Below, piece by piece: positions 49,198-59,203 of a stretch of 64,000 bases of DNA (its first letter is position 1; each line of letters begins with the position of its first letter). Source of the DNA: an uncultured Bacteroidales bacterium (GTDB lineage: Bacteria; Bacteroidota; Bacteroidia; Bacteroidales; VadinHA17); assembly GCA_963743775.1 (NCBI GenBank), contig CAVURA010000018.1, positions 142,518 to 206,517 on the forward strand, written 5' to 3'. Below the pieces are notes generated by a model. The model saw only the letters and a program-made list of their open reading frames with translations, did not search any database and was not told where the DNA came from. The position numbers were made by a program, and so were the translations under genes.

Positions 49198-49454
49198 TAA
49201 AGGATAAAGCTTGCTTGAGACTTAAGAAAAAAAATAAGGGTGAAGATGCCGCAGGCATCACAGCCTTTGCTGTTTTAGGTTGCCAATTGAGGCTCGCCAT
49301 TCGAGCAAGGCGAGAATGGCAACCCGCATTCTGCCCTTGTATAACTAAGGTGGAAACCCGGTATCGAAAAAAAATGTGGTTTCAACCGTTTGGATTTCTT
49401 AAATTAATTTTTGTATCTTGCGCCACTTGAATTTTTAACCTAAATCTAAGTCTT

Positions 49455-52400
49455 ATGAAGAAACTATTTCTGTTCTTTGTTTTGTTTGTGTTAGCGGGTG
49501 CAAGCACGCTGTGGGCACAGACAAAAGTCATTACAGGTACGGTAACATCCGCCACGGAGGGTGAAGGTACGATTCCAAGCGTATCCGTTTTCGTCAAGGG
49601 CACGACCGTAGCGACATCAACCGATGCCAATGGAAAGTTTTCATTGAATGTTCCCGAAAATGCAACAACCCTCGTTTTTTCCTTTATTGGGATGAAACAG
49701 CAGGAAGTTGCTATTTCAGGTCGTTCAGTGGTAGACTGTGTTATGGAATCCGATGTTGTTGATCTGAATGAGGTTGTTGTGACCGCTCTCGGTATTAAAA
49801 GAGAGAAGAGGGAAATAACCTACCAGACCCAGAAAGTTGATAATGCAGAACTTGCAGTTGCTCAACCGACGAGAGCCGGTAGCGCACTGGCCGGTAAGGT
49901 AGCCGGACTGCAGATCAACGTTCAGGATAACGGTGTTAATCCTTCAACACAGATCATCTTAAGAGGACTAAGGTCAATATCATCTGACAACCAGGCACTG
50001 ATTGTTATTGATGGTGCCATTGCTTCTCTTGGTGCTTTTGATGACCTGAACCCTAACGATATAGCTGACCTCAGTATCCTGAAAGGCGCAACTGCCGCAG
50101 CACTGTATGGGTCAAGCGCAAGTAACGGCGCCGTGCTCGTTACAACCAAAAAAGGACAGGCCGGCCAGAAGTTCACTGTAGGACTGATCTCCACGTACAC
50201 GGCTGAGAAAGTAGCTTATATGCCCAAATTCCAGACTGAATATGGAACAGGATGGGAAGGCGCTTATGACGCTATTGAGAATACCAACTGGGGTCCGCGT
50301 TTTGACGGAACCATGCGCCAGATAGGCCCGACATTCCCTGACGGATCATTCCAGGAAGTGCCATACGCTCCTGTTAAAGATAACCTGCTTAATTTCTTCA
50401 ATACAGGTAATACATATAACAATACCGTATATATTAGCGGAAGCCAGGAAACCAGTAAGTTTTACCTTTCTGTAGGTGACCAGAGGTCAACAGGCATTGT
50501 TCCAAAAGACACTTACCAAAGAAACACATTCAGGGTCAACGCCAGCAAGAAAGTCGGTGATGTTGAACTTTCTATCAACTCAAGTTTCTTCACTGACAAG
50601 ACTGATCAGGTCGGAAATACAATAGGAGATCAGGATAGACCATTGTACTGGTTCCTGTTAAATACATCTGCAAATATTCCACTGTCAGAATACTGGGACT
50701 GGAAAAATAATAAATATGCAGAACCCAGCGGCTATTATAACGGTTACTATGAGAATCCTTATTATTGCGTTGACGCAAACAGAAGAATGGATTATACAAA
50801 CAGGCTAACTGCCAACGTCCAGGCATCATGGGATATCGTCTCGTGGCTTAACCTGACAGCCAGGGCTGCTGCGAACAACTCATGGGGCGACGGAAAAAGC
50901 CACCGTGACGGATATGTATTCGATACTGAGATCAAACCGACAGGAAGTGCTATTTCTTCTTTTCTTGAAGATACTGAATTCCAGGTGACTGATTATGTGG
51001 GAGACCTCCTCTTAAGCGGAAACTGGAATTTCAGTGACATCTCACTTAAGGCTATCGTGGGTGGAACCGTTATGGCCTACGACTACAGGTACAGCTCCAT
51101 CAGGGTCAATAATTTAAGTATCCCCTATTTTTATGATATATCAAATGGAACAGGAAGCCCGCAAGTCACTGCTAATGCGTCAACGGAACGCCAGTTTGGG
51201 TTCTTCGGTGATTTTACCGTGGGATATCGCAACTTTGTGTTCCTGAACTTTTCCGGCAGAAATGACTGGACATCTACCCTGGCAAAAGGTAATAACAGCT
51301 ATTTCTACCCGGGATTTGGATTGTCATTTGTCCTCACCGATGCAATTGATGCTCTGAAAAATAATGCTATCCTTTCCTACGCAAAAATTACTGCTAGTAA
51401 TTCAACAGTATATAATGACCTTTCACCATACAGGATTAACGAGACTTACTCCAAGCCTTCCAATTTCCCGTATGGCACTGTTAACGGGTTTGCTCTCAGC
51501 GGCACTACAGTTGACGCCAATATTAAAAAGGAAAAACTCAATACCACTGAGTTTGGTGTTAATCTTGGTTTCTTCAAGTCAAGGTTGTTGCTTGATGCAT
51601 CTTACTTTATGACCAAGACAACTGACCTTATTACCAATACCACTCCTTCTATTACCTCAGGAGCTACTGCATTCCTCACCAATATCGGTGAACTGCAGGG
51701 CAAAGGGTTTGAGATAACCCTGGGAGGTACAGTAGTCCAGGCTAAAAATATCAGCTGGGATATGAGCGTGAACTATTCAGCCAACGAGACCACAGTGGTA
51801 GAGATCAAGGAAGGTCTTGATGAAATCCTTTTGTCCGGAACCAGCTCATGGGGTGTTTATGCCATAAAAGATATGGCTTTCCCGCAGATAAAGGCTAACA
51901 CCTATGTCAGGGATCCCCAGGGAAGGATTGTCGTAGATCCTGCAACAGGATTCCCGCGGGAGAATGCAGCCCTTTCACCGCTTGGAAAGACAACACCTGA
52001 CTACACCGTTGGTTTGAATACTGCATTGAATGTCTACGGAGTTACATTGTCAGCGACTGTTGATTACAGAACCGGACATGTATTCTACTCACAGGGAGCT
52101 GCCAGTATGGAGTTCACCGGAAGATCACTTGAGAGTGTCTCTGCAAACAGGCAGGATTTTGTAATCCCCAACTCAGTGATTGAGACCAGTGACGGTGTTT
52201 ATGTTGAGAACACAAACATACCGGTATCCGGAGGACGCCAGAGCTATTGGACTGACGTTTACAATAATGTCTTTGAGAACTATATCAAGGATGCCACAGC
52301 ATTTAAGGTAAGGGAGCTGGCAATCAGTTATAGCCTGCCGGCAAATCTTCTCACCAAGACTCCTATCAGCAAAGTGTCTATTGGTTTCATAGCCAGGAAC

Positions 52401-52541
52401 CTGTTTACTCTGCTTCCGGCAGAAAACGCTTTCTCTGACCCTGAATTCAACAATACTAATGACAACGCTATTGGTGTTGGCGGTTACAACCAGATGCCAC
52501 CGACAAAATCGTACGGTGTGAACTTAAACATAGAATTTTAA
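49455..52541 (+). CDS. SusC/RagA-family TonB-linked outer-membrane transporter
   Basis: Signal peptide, carboxypeptidase-regulatory-like domain (ITGTVTSATEG...), TonB-box/plug (EVVVTALGIKREK) and the C-terminal ...YGVNLNIEF. There is no STN extension. Confidence 0.95.
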   Translation: MKKLFLFFVLFVLAGASTLWAQTKVITGTVTSATEGEGTIPSVSVFVKGTTVATSTDANGKFSLNVPENATTLVFSFIGMKQQEVAISGRSVVDCVMESDVVDLNEVVVTALGIKREKREITYQTQKVDNAELAVAQPTRAGSALAGKVAGLQINVQDNGVNPSTQIILRGLRSISSDNQALIVIDGAIASLGAFDDLNPNDIADLSILKGATAAALYGSSASNGAVLVTTKKGQAGQKFTVGLISTYTAEKVAYMPKFQTEYGTGWEGAYDAIENTNWGPRFDGTMRQIGPTFPDGSFQEVPYAPVKDNLLNFFNTGNTYNNTVYISGSQETSKFYLSVGDQRSTGIVPKDTYQRNTFRVNASKKVGDVELSINSSFFTDKTDQVGNTIGDQDRPLYWFLLNTSANIPLSEYWDWKNNKYAEPSGYYNGYYENPYYCVDANRRMDYTNRLTANVQASWDIVSWLNLTARAAANNSWGDGKSHRDGYVFDTEIKPTGSAISSFLEDTEFQVTDYVGDLLLSGNWNFSDISLKAIVGGTVMAYDYRYSSIRVNNLSIPYFYDISNGTGSPQVTANASTERQFGFFGDFTVGYRNFVFLNFSGRNDWTSTLAKGNNSYFYPGFGLSFVLTDAIDALKNNAILSYAKITASNSTVYNDLSPYRINETYSKPSNFPYGTVNGFALSGTTVDANIKKEKLNTTEFGVNLGFFKSRLLLDASYFMTKTTDLITNTTPSITSGATAFLTNIGELQGKGFEITLGGTVVQAKNISWDMSVNYSANETTVVEIKEGLDEILLSGTSSWGVYAIKDMAFPQIKANTYVRDPQGRIVVDPATGFPRENAALSPLGKTTPDYTVGLNTALNVYGVTLSATVDYRTGHVFYSQGAASMEFTGRSLESVSANRQDFVIPNSVIETSDGVYVENTNIPVSGGRQSYWTDVYNNVFENYIKDATAFKVRELAISYSLPANLLTKTPISKVSIGFIARNLFTLLPAENAFSDPEFNNTNDNAIGVGGYNQMPPTKSYGVNLNIEF

Positions 52542-52554
52542 AACTGATTACTAT

Positions 52555-54048
52555 ATGAAAAATATAATAAAATTCGCAAGCGTACTGATGGTCTTCGGAC
52601 TTTTGGTATCATGTGAGGATTTTCTGGATGTGAATGTTGATCCAAATAATCCCACTTCAGTAACACCCGATCTTGTCCTGGCTCCTGCCCAGTTTTACAC
52701 TGCATACAGGCAACAGTGTGACAGAGGAATAAGTCACCTTGGAAACATGTTTATGGTAAACTGGAGCCAGAGTGATGGTTATTCCTGGTATTCTGATGAA
52801 TTCAAGTATAATGTTACCTCCTCTTTTTACGTGAATACATTTAACAATGTTTATGCCAATCCGCTTAAACAGTATCAGATCCTGAATGACCTTGAAGACC
52901 CCAAAGATGACTACTATAAGGCTATCGCCAAGGTAATGAAGGCCTTTCACTTTCAGATACTGGTTGACAGCTATGGAGATGTTCCTTATTCTGAAGCTTT
53001 AGGCAGAAGCCTTCTGGCTACTCCGAAATACGATGATGCACAGACGATCTATGAAGATCTTATCGTTCAGCTGACAGATGCAATCGCTATTATTAAGAAT
53101 GCTCCCGAGAATGTAGTAGTACCGGGTGCTGATGATTGTATGTTCGGCGGAGATATGGAAGAATGGATCAGGTTTGCTAATACCCTTAAGCTCAGGATAC
53201 TCGTTCGTCAGTCAGATATGGACGGCAGAGCATCTTATATACAAACCGAATTGGGTGTAATTAATTCTGAAGGTTCCGGTTTTATAACATCTGATGTAGG
53301 CATTAATCCCGGTTTCATTACCGGAGAAACAGATAAGCAGAATCCTATGTGGAACGAGCTCGGTTGGGATGCTTCAGGTACACAGACAATGTCAAGCAAA
53401 GCAACTTGTGCTACCGATTATATACTCAATTATCTGACTTCAACTAACGACCCGAGGATTGACCGCATCTATGAAAAACCTTCCACAGGTCATCTCGGTG
53501 TTCCGCAGGGTTTGCTTGACTATGACACGCCAGTCGTTGATGCATATATGCCTGAAAAAGTTTCCAATATAGGCCCCGGCATCCTTAAATCAGGCGATAT
53601 GGATGCAATAATCTTTACCCTTGCTGAAAGCTATTTCAACCAGGCTGAAGCCAGGCTGAAAGGTTTAATAACCACAGGACCCAGCGTCAAGGACCTTTAT
53701 CAGAGCGGAATCACGGCTTCGTTCGAATACCTCGGACTTGATGCCGCTGATGCAGTAACCTACTATTCACAGATTCAGGATCTTGTTAACTATGATAACT
53801 CTTCCAACAAACTGAAGGCTATCATCACCCAGAAATGGATTGCTGTTAACGGTATCACTGCCGAACAGTCATGGTTTGATTACAGCAGGACCGGATACCC
53901 CAGTGGTCTTCCAATTCCGCTTAATTATTCCGGATCAGTTGACAGACCAGTAAGATTATTTTATCCTTCTGGTGAATATTCCGCAAACGGAGATAACGTG
54001 CCGACTCAGCCAAATGCCTTTTCAGCAAAGATATTCTGGGCGAATTAA
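52555..54048 (+). CDS. SusD/RagB-family nutrient-binding lipoprotein
   Basis: Lipobox LLVSC and a TPR-like SusD pattern (WF.YSRTGYP). It starts 13 nt after susC. Confidence 0.9.
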   Translation: MKNIIKFASVLMVFGLLVSCEDFLDVNVDPNNPTSVTPDLVLAPAQFYTAYRQQCDRGISHLGNMFMVNWSQSDGYSWYSDEFKYNVTSSFYVNTFNNVYANPLKQYQILNDLEDPKDDYYKAIAKVMKAFHFQILVDSYGDVPYSEALGRSLLATPKYDDAQTIYEDLIVQLTDAIAIIKNAPENVVVPGADDCMFGGDMEEWIRFANTLKLRILVRQSDMDGRASYIQTELGVINSEGSGFITSDVGINPGFITGETDKQNPMWNELGWDASGTQTMSSKATCATDYILNYLTSTNDPRIDRIYEKPSTGHLGVPQGLLDYDTPVVDAYMPEKVSNIGPGILKSGDMDAIIFTLAESYFNQAEARLKGLITTGPSVKDLYQSGITASFEYLGLDAADAVTYYSQIQDLVNYDNSSNKLKAIITQKWIAVNGITAEQSWFDYSRTGYPSGLPIPLNYSGSVDRPVRLFYPSGEYSANGDNVPTQPNAFSAKIFWAN

Positions 54049-54066
54049 TCTAAAACAGAAATAACT

Positions 54067-54930
54067 ATGAAAACATTAAAATATATTTTGATGATTATCT
54101 TAAGTCTGGGTGCCTTTAACTCCTGTTTGGTTGACGATACAACCAATTATGACGCTAATGGTGAAGGACCAAACCTTGCAGGCTTTACCGATCCAAGAAC
54201 TTCGTTTGGAATGACCGCAGATGGCAATGAATACGACTTTACAGTCAAGATGAGGCTTATCGGTCCTACATCTATGGATGTGACAAACGACATTGTAGTC
54301 ACCATTGGTGCTGATGAATCATCGACAGCAATAGAAGGAACACATTTCAAACTTGATCAGCCGACAATTACGCTGAAAAAGAGTGATAACTATCTGGGAT
54401 GGATGCCGGTAACCGTTCTTACAGAAGGGATTGTAGCTCCTCTGGCCGCGTCTCCTAAACTGGTCCTCAAAGTTGTAAGTGCGACAGGTGACCCGAAAGT
54501 ACTGAACAACGGAAAGAATCTGGAGATCACTCTTAACTACGGTTGCTTCTCCAACCTGGCAGGTGAATATGATGTTCACCAGGTTATAACACGCACAGTG
54601 AGCGGAGCAATATCCCAGTATGACTGGACTGAAACCATTAGTCAGACAGGTGTAGGTGAATATCGTACGACAATTGTTGCTTATGATGGTTATGTTAACC
54701 CGGCTCCTGCAGGTGGTACTGACGGATTCACCTTCCTTGATGTGTGCAACGTTATTACAGTCCCTCAGCAGAATCTGGTCGACTATTACAGTAATCAGGT
54801 TTATGGTAACCTCCCTGGTTCAGTAGATCCCGCCACGGGAATTATAACTATTTCATATACAGTTGAAACCACTGCAGCTGCCGGGTTCCGGAGCTGTGTT
54901 TCAACCTATACACCAGTTGGTAAAAAATAG
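54067..54930 (+). CDS. PUL-associated lipoprotein of unknown function (DUF1735/Calx-beta-like N-domain)
   Basis: Lipobox GAFNSC. The segment VVTIGADESSTAIEGTHFKLDQPTITL resembles DUF1735/Calx-beta-type modules. Confidence 0.6.
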   Translation: MKTLKYILMIILSLGAFNSCLVDDTTNYDANGEGPNLAGFTDPRTSFGMTADGNEYDFTVKMRLIGPTSMDVTNDIVVTIGADESSTAIEGTHFKLDQPTITLKKSDNYLGWMPVTVLTEGIVAPLAASPKLVLKVVSATGDPKVLNNGKNLEITLNYGCFSNLAGEYDVHQVITRTVSGAISQYDWTETISQTGVGEYRTTIVAYDGYVNPAPAGGTDGFTFLDVCNVITVPQQNLVDYYSNQVYGNLPGSVDPATGIITISYTVETTAAAGFRSCVSTYTPVGKK

Positions 54931-54962
54931 ATCATTAATACTGGATAAATATTATAAATATT

Positions 54963-55958
54963 ATGAATATGAGAAAATATATTAAATATAAAGTACTCGG
55001 GCTGGCGTTAATCGTCATCGGCATGGTTGCCTGCGATCAGGCCAGCCAGGAACCTGAACCAATCGGAAGTCCCAGCGGTTATCCGGTGAGTACAGTTACA
55101 CCATCGGTTACAACTGTTGTGGAAGGTAATTCTTTAATAGTCAATATCACTGTCGATAAAATGATCGACAGGGCGCTTACCTTCACTTTCAAGCAAACCG
55201 GTGGTACTGCTACTGAAGAGGATTATACTGTTGCACCTGCAGTATTACAACCCTACACAAAATCAATCCAGATGACGATAGGGACAATTGCGGACTTCGA
55301 TACCGATCCAACTGAAACATTGGTTGGAGAAATCGGTGTCTACGGGATCGCAGAAAAATATATGCTGAATCCCAGCACAGTCAATCCGGTGAACGTATCG
55401 TTTACTATCACTAACTTTGTCTCTCCGGACCTCGAGGTAGCATTCTACTGGAATGCAGATGTGGTAATTGGCGGGGTTACCTATGATGCAGCTGCCAATA
55501 TTGACTACGACTTCCTTGTTTCACCCGAGGCCGACTTTGACATTGCTGACCCATGGGCTTCTGAAATAGGAATCTATGATGCAGCAACAGGAAGCCATCC
55601 TGAAAGAATGACTCTGGGAGGACTGGATGATGGAAGCTATCTGCTGTGGTGCGACCTGTATTATAACGGTTTCACTGGTTACAGCGATGGTTCAGTCAAG
55701 ATACCTATTGTTGCTGTATTCACACGTCAGGGAACAACTGTGATCGATACCGAAGTCGGAATGGATCCTGCAGACATGATGGCTGACAATGTCGCCGGTT
55801 TTGATAATGATCCAAGCGGCGTATACAACGCAGTCATAGCAAAAGTCACTGTCGCTGCCGGTAAGTACACCATTACCAAATACGACGGTACAACAATTGG
55901 CCCGTTCAAATCCGGTACTCCTAAAACAGCAAGACCTCTTAACTATAGAACAAAATAG
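54963..55958 (+). CDS. PUL-associated lipoprotein of unknown function (Calx-beta-like N-domain)
   Basis: Lipobox GMVAC. The segment LTFTFKQTGGTATEEDYTVAP...SIQMTIGTIADFDTDPTETLVGEIG resembles a Calx-beta module. Confidence 0.6.
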   Translation: MNMRKYIKYKVLGLALIVIGMVACDQASQEPEPIGSPSGYPVSTVTPSVTTVVEGNSLIVNITVDKMIDRALTFTFKQTGGTATEEDYTVAPAVLQPYTKSIQMTIGTIADFDTDPTETLVGEIGVYGIAEKYMLNPSTVNPVNVSFTITNFVSPDLEVAFYWNADVVIGGVTYDAAANIDYDFLVSPEADFDIADPWASEIGIYDAATGSHPERMTLGGLDDGSYLLWCDLYYNGFTGYSDGSVKIPIVAVFTRQGTTVIDTEVGMDPADMMADNVAGFDNDPSGVYNAVIAKVTVAAGKYTITKYDGTTIGPFKSGTPKTARPLNYRTK

Positions 55959-55982
55959 TTGACCGGATCTTCATATTAATAA

Positions 55983-56014
55983 AAGAGCCCCGTTTTTCGG
56001 GGCTCTCTTATTTT
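55983..56014 (+). terminator. rho-independent terminator ending the SusC/D operon
   Basis: Perfect 9-bp stem agagccccg/cggggctct with loop ttttt, followed by cttaTTTTg. Confidence 0.7.
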
Positions 56015-56098
56015 GTAACGGCGTGTAGCCTGTGAGATGTTATAATGTATGCCTGTATATTTTGACATAGCGACGTCCGGTTTGGGCGTCGTTATGGT

Positions 56099-59000
56099 TT
56101 ATGATTTCGGGACTTTCGCAGATGCACGTTTGTACATCATCGAGGCTGCTAAAGCCAGGGACACAAGCAGAATCACTGCAACATAAACAAACACTGGCAC
56201 AGGTACTGCGTCACCCCCGGCATACGAATGGAGCCCTGATAAATAGTAGTTGACCCCAAAGTAGGTCATGAGAACTGAAGAAAATGCAAATAGTGAAAGA
56301 AGATTAAACGAATAAACATCCTTCAGTCCGGGAATCATTCTTGAATGGGTTACCAGAGTATATATAACTATTGTGATCAGTGACCAGGTCTCCTTAGGAT
56401 CCCATCCCCAGTAACGACCCCATGATTCGTTAGCCCAGACAGCACCGAGAAAGGTCCCGATGGTCAGAAAATAGAGTCCCAGCGTCAGTGTCCTGTAATT
56501 GATGACAGTAAGCTCGTCTATCGTGGCGCTTATCCTTTCGTGGTTCCTTTTATTGACAAAGAGCATCATGATCATCACAATAAGACCGAGTAAGGCCCCC
56601 AGACCCAGAAATCCGTAACTGCCTGTAATCACAGAGACATGCAGCGTGAGCCAGTACGATTTGAGAACGGGCACCAGGTTCGTTATCTCAGGGTCCATGA
56701 AGCTCAGGTGAGCTACCATAAGCGTCATTCCGGCAAGTACGGCTGTGGCAGCCAGCGCCAGAAGCGACTTGCGGCTGAAGATAAAGCCGGCCAGCATTGT
56801 GACCCAGGAGATGAAAAGCATTGACTCATACCCGTTGCTCATGGGCGAATGGCCGGAAATGTACCACCTTATGCCCAGACCCAGCGTATGAAAGATAAAT
56901 CCGGCTACAGCCAGGCTGAAAAGGATCTTCATAAACACTGAGCCTCCTCCCTTGCCGGTAATGATAAAACTGATCAGGGTTATGATCATTAAAAGACCCA
57001 GTGTGGCATAAAAAGGAAACAGCTTTTCAAATATATTAGCCTTGTAATAGAAGAGCTCTGCCCTGATCCTTGACTCCGACGGAAGATCATATTCTGAATT
57101 CACCCGCTGATATTCCTTAATTGCCCGGAGGTACTCGTCAGGCTTTACCGGAGCGCCTCCCACAGCAGTGACAGCCTGAGCCCACATAGGTATGACATTG
57201 AGTACAAAAAGTGAATCATCAACACCTGAAGTGTGCCTGACGGCATCGCCGGAGCTTCCCCACTGATCTGTCCCGTCTTTCAGCGGGAATATATTCAGGA
57301 AACCCCCTTCTGACATCATGTAACATATATTTACCCTCTCGTCAACCTTTATAACCTCCTTGTCGAAACGGGTCCTCTCACCTGCCGGTTTTGCATATGC
57401 CTTTTCAACGTACGATGAAAGCTTGTACCCTCCTTCGTCCCCAAATGAAACAATATCCGAAAAAGCAGCCATGTCGCCTTTCACTTTCAGCAGATCTGAC
57501 AGCTCCCCATTTGAGACTTTAATAAGAGGCACATTATGCCAGTGTTCAGGATCAAGCGAATAACCCAAAAATACCTGCATGGGTGAGAGGCCCTCAAACT
57601 CCTTTTCCCTGGCAACCTTCCGGAGAATGTCACTGCTTATTGTATAAAGAGGCTTGGTACGCCCCTTCTGATCCTGCGCAAGCACTTCCCCGAAACGGTT
57701 GGCTTCTTCACTGTCAAGTACCAGATGCTGGGCTTTTAAAGGTGAGAGGGAAGTAAGGGCAATAATCATAACAACCAAAGCTGCCTGACGGCGGTACCGC
57801 GAATTCCAGTAACCCTTCTTTACGGTCCTGAAGAACGATCTTCTGTTGATTATCGAGAGAACGATGAACAGGAAAAGCAGGGCATAACCGGTATAGGTTG
57901 TAATCATGCCAGCCGGATCGTGATTCACTGAAAGGACAGTACCACGCTCGTCCTTGTCATAAGACGACTGATAGAAGCGGTAACCCTTGTACTTAAGTAT
58001 ATGGTTCATATATATATCATACTTAATGTCAGCTTTCTGATTCTCATCCGTTAATGTAACCCGGCTTTTAAAACCGGAAGGGCTGTTGGAACCCGGATAC
58101 CGTTCAATCATGAAATCGTTAAGAGTGATACTGAAGGGCAGGTCAAGAACTCTGTTTCCATAGCTGACATTCACCTTAAGATCACCTGCAGTCCCGTGCC
58201 ATTCTGATCTTTCTGCTTCAGGATTGGTCCACAGGTAAACCTTCTTTTCATAGTCTTTACCTGACAGGGTAAACTCAAAGGCGCCGGAACCGTCCTGGCC
58301 CGTATTATCGGCAGACGATGCAGGCACTGCCACGCCGCTGCGCGTCATCTGCCGTGGAACCAATTTGTATCCTCCGATTGTAAATACGGTGCCCGGAACT
58401 ATGCTAATAAATGTATCAGGCGGGCATATCACTCTGGTCATGTCAGACATCCTTGTCAGCATCATCTCTTTTCCGGATCTTATAAGGAATGAAGAGCTGT
58501 CAAGTTCAATAATAATATCCGCATCTATGCCAAACCCCATGGTCATCTCTCCGGCCATAGCTGTTTCGCCCCGGGCAAGGACAATTATTTCACTTGTCCT
58601 CATATCACGGGTGGCAAGAAAAGCAACCATAGGAACCCCGTCAGGTGATTCTTCCACCTGTTTTTCGACACCGGGAATGTATCTGTCCAGTTTCAGCTGC
58701 ACTTCAGTGCCACCGGCATTGAGTGTCTTCCTGTAACCGGTACGACCACTCCCGGCAACAGACAGAGCTTTTGAGTGGCCTGCCATTACTTTATTATCCT
58801 TGTCAGCCAATTCAAAAACAAGATCGCTGACCGAAGAATATGTCAATGATGTGGCTTCCCCCTCTCTTATGTGCATCATGCCGTCGAAACCGGTATACCG
58901 GGTTATTGCCGCACCGATGACCATTACAATAAAGGCGAGATGGAATATCATAACTGTAATCTTTTCTTTCCGGTACAGCTTGTATTTTATTATCTGTCCG

Positions 59001-59182
59001 GAAAGATTGATAACAAGCAGCAGAAACAGCAGTTCAAACCAGCGTGTGTTGTAAACCATTGACCTGGCCGTGTCAGCTCCGAAATCATTCTCAATGAATG
59101 TTGCTGCAGCCATGGCTGCGGCCAGCAGAATGAACAGTATACCCATAACTGCCGGAGTAAGAAGAAATCTTAATACTTTCAT
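56099..59182 (-). CDS. ccsBA: system II cytochrome c synthase, fused CcsB(ResB)-CcsA (CcsBA)
   Basis: 1027-aa ORF. The N-terminal part is a ResB-like domain with TM anchors. The C-terminal part is a polytopic CcsA with the WWD motif WGRYWGWDPKETWSL. Confidence 0.9.
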   Translation of the reverse strand: MKVLRFLLTPAVMGILFILLAAAMAAATFIENDFGADTARSMVYNTRWFELLFLLLVINLSGQIIKYKLYRKEKITVMIFHLAFIVMVIGAAITRYTGFDGMMHIREGEATSLTYSSVSDLVFELADKDNKVMAGHSKALSVAGSGRTGYRKTLNAGGTEVQLKLDRYIPGVEKQVEESPDGVPMVAFLATRDMRTSEIIVLARGETAMAGEMTMGFGIDADIIIELDSSSFLIRSGKEMMLTRMSDMTRVICPPDTFISIVPGTVFTIGGYKLVPRQMTRSGVAVPASSADNTGQDGSGAFEFTLSGKDYEKKVYLWTNPEAERSEWHGTAGDLKVNVSYGNRVLDLPFSITLNDFMIERYPGSNSPSGFKSRVTLTDENQKADIKYDIYMNHILKYKGYRFYQSSYDKDERGTVLSVNHDPAGMITTYTGYALLFLFIVLSIINRRSFFRTVKKGYWNSRYRRQAALVVMIIALTSLSPLKAQHLVLDSEEANRFGEVLAQDQKGRTKPLYTISSDILRKVAREKEFEGLSPMQVFLGYSLDPEHWHNVPLIKVSNGELSDLLKVKGDMAAFSDIVSFGDEGGYKLSSYVEKAYAKPAGERTRFDKEVIKVDERVNICYMMSEGGFLNIFPLKDGTDQWGSSGDAVRHTSGVDDSLFVLNVIPMWAQAVTAVGGAPVKPDEYLRAIKEYQRVNSEYDLPSESRIRAELFYYKANIFEKLFPFYATLGLLMIITLISFIITGKGGGSVFMKILFSLAVAGFIFHTLGLGIRWYISGHSPMSNGYESMLFISWVTMLAGFIFSRKSLLALAATAVLAGMTLMVAHLSFMDPEITNLVPVLKSYWLTLHVSVITGSYGFLGLGALLGLIVMIMMLFVNKRNHERISATIDELTVINYRTLTLGLYFLTIGTFLGAVWANESWGRYWGWDPKETWSLITIVIYTLVTHSRMIPGLKDVYSFNLLSLFAFSSVLMTYFGVNYYLSGLHSYAGGDAVPVPVFVYVAVILLVSLALAASMMYKRASAKVPKS

Positions 59183-59203
59183 AATTTTAATTTGAGTGTA
59201 AAA

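Noticed and set aside
49170-49430. 86-aa plus-strand ORF in the tRNA-susC spacer
   Set aside because: It has a non-ATG start that overlaps the terminator, a basic low-complexity product and no signal or motif. The region is better explained as a structured non-coding leader.
56040-56098. Hairpin cgacg-tccggtttggg-cgtcg downstream of ccsBA, considered as a terminator
   Set aside because: The stem is short with a large loop, and there is no T-run on the minus strand.
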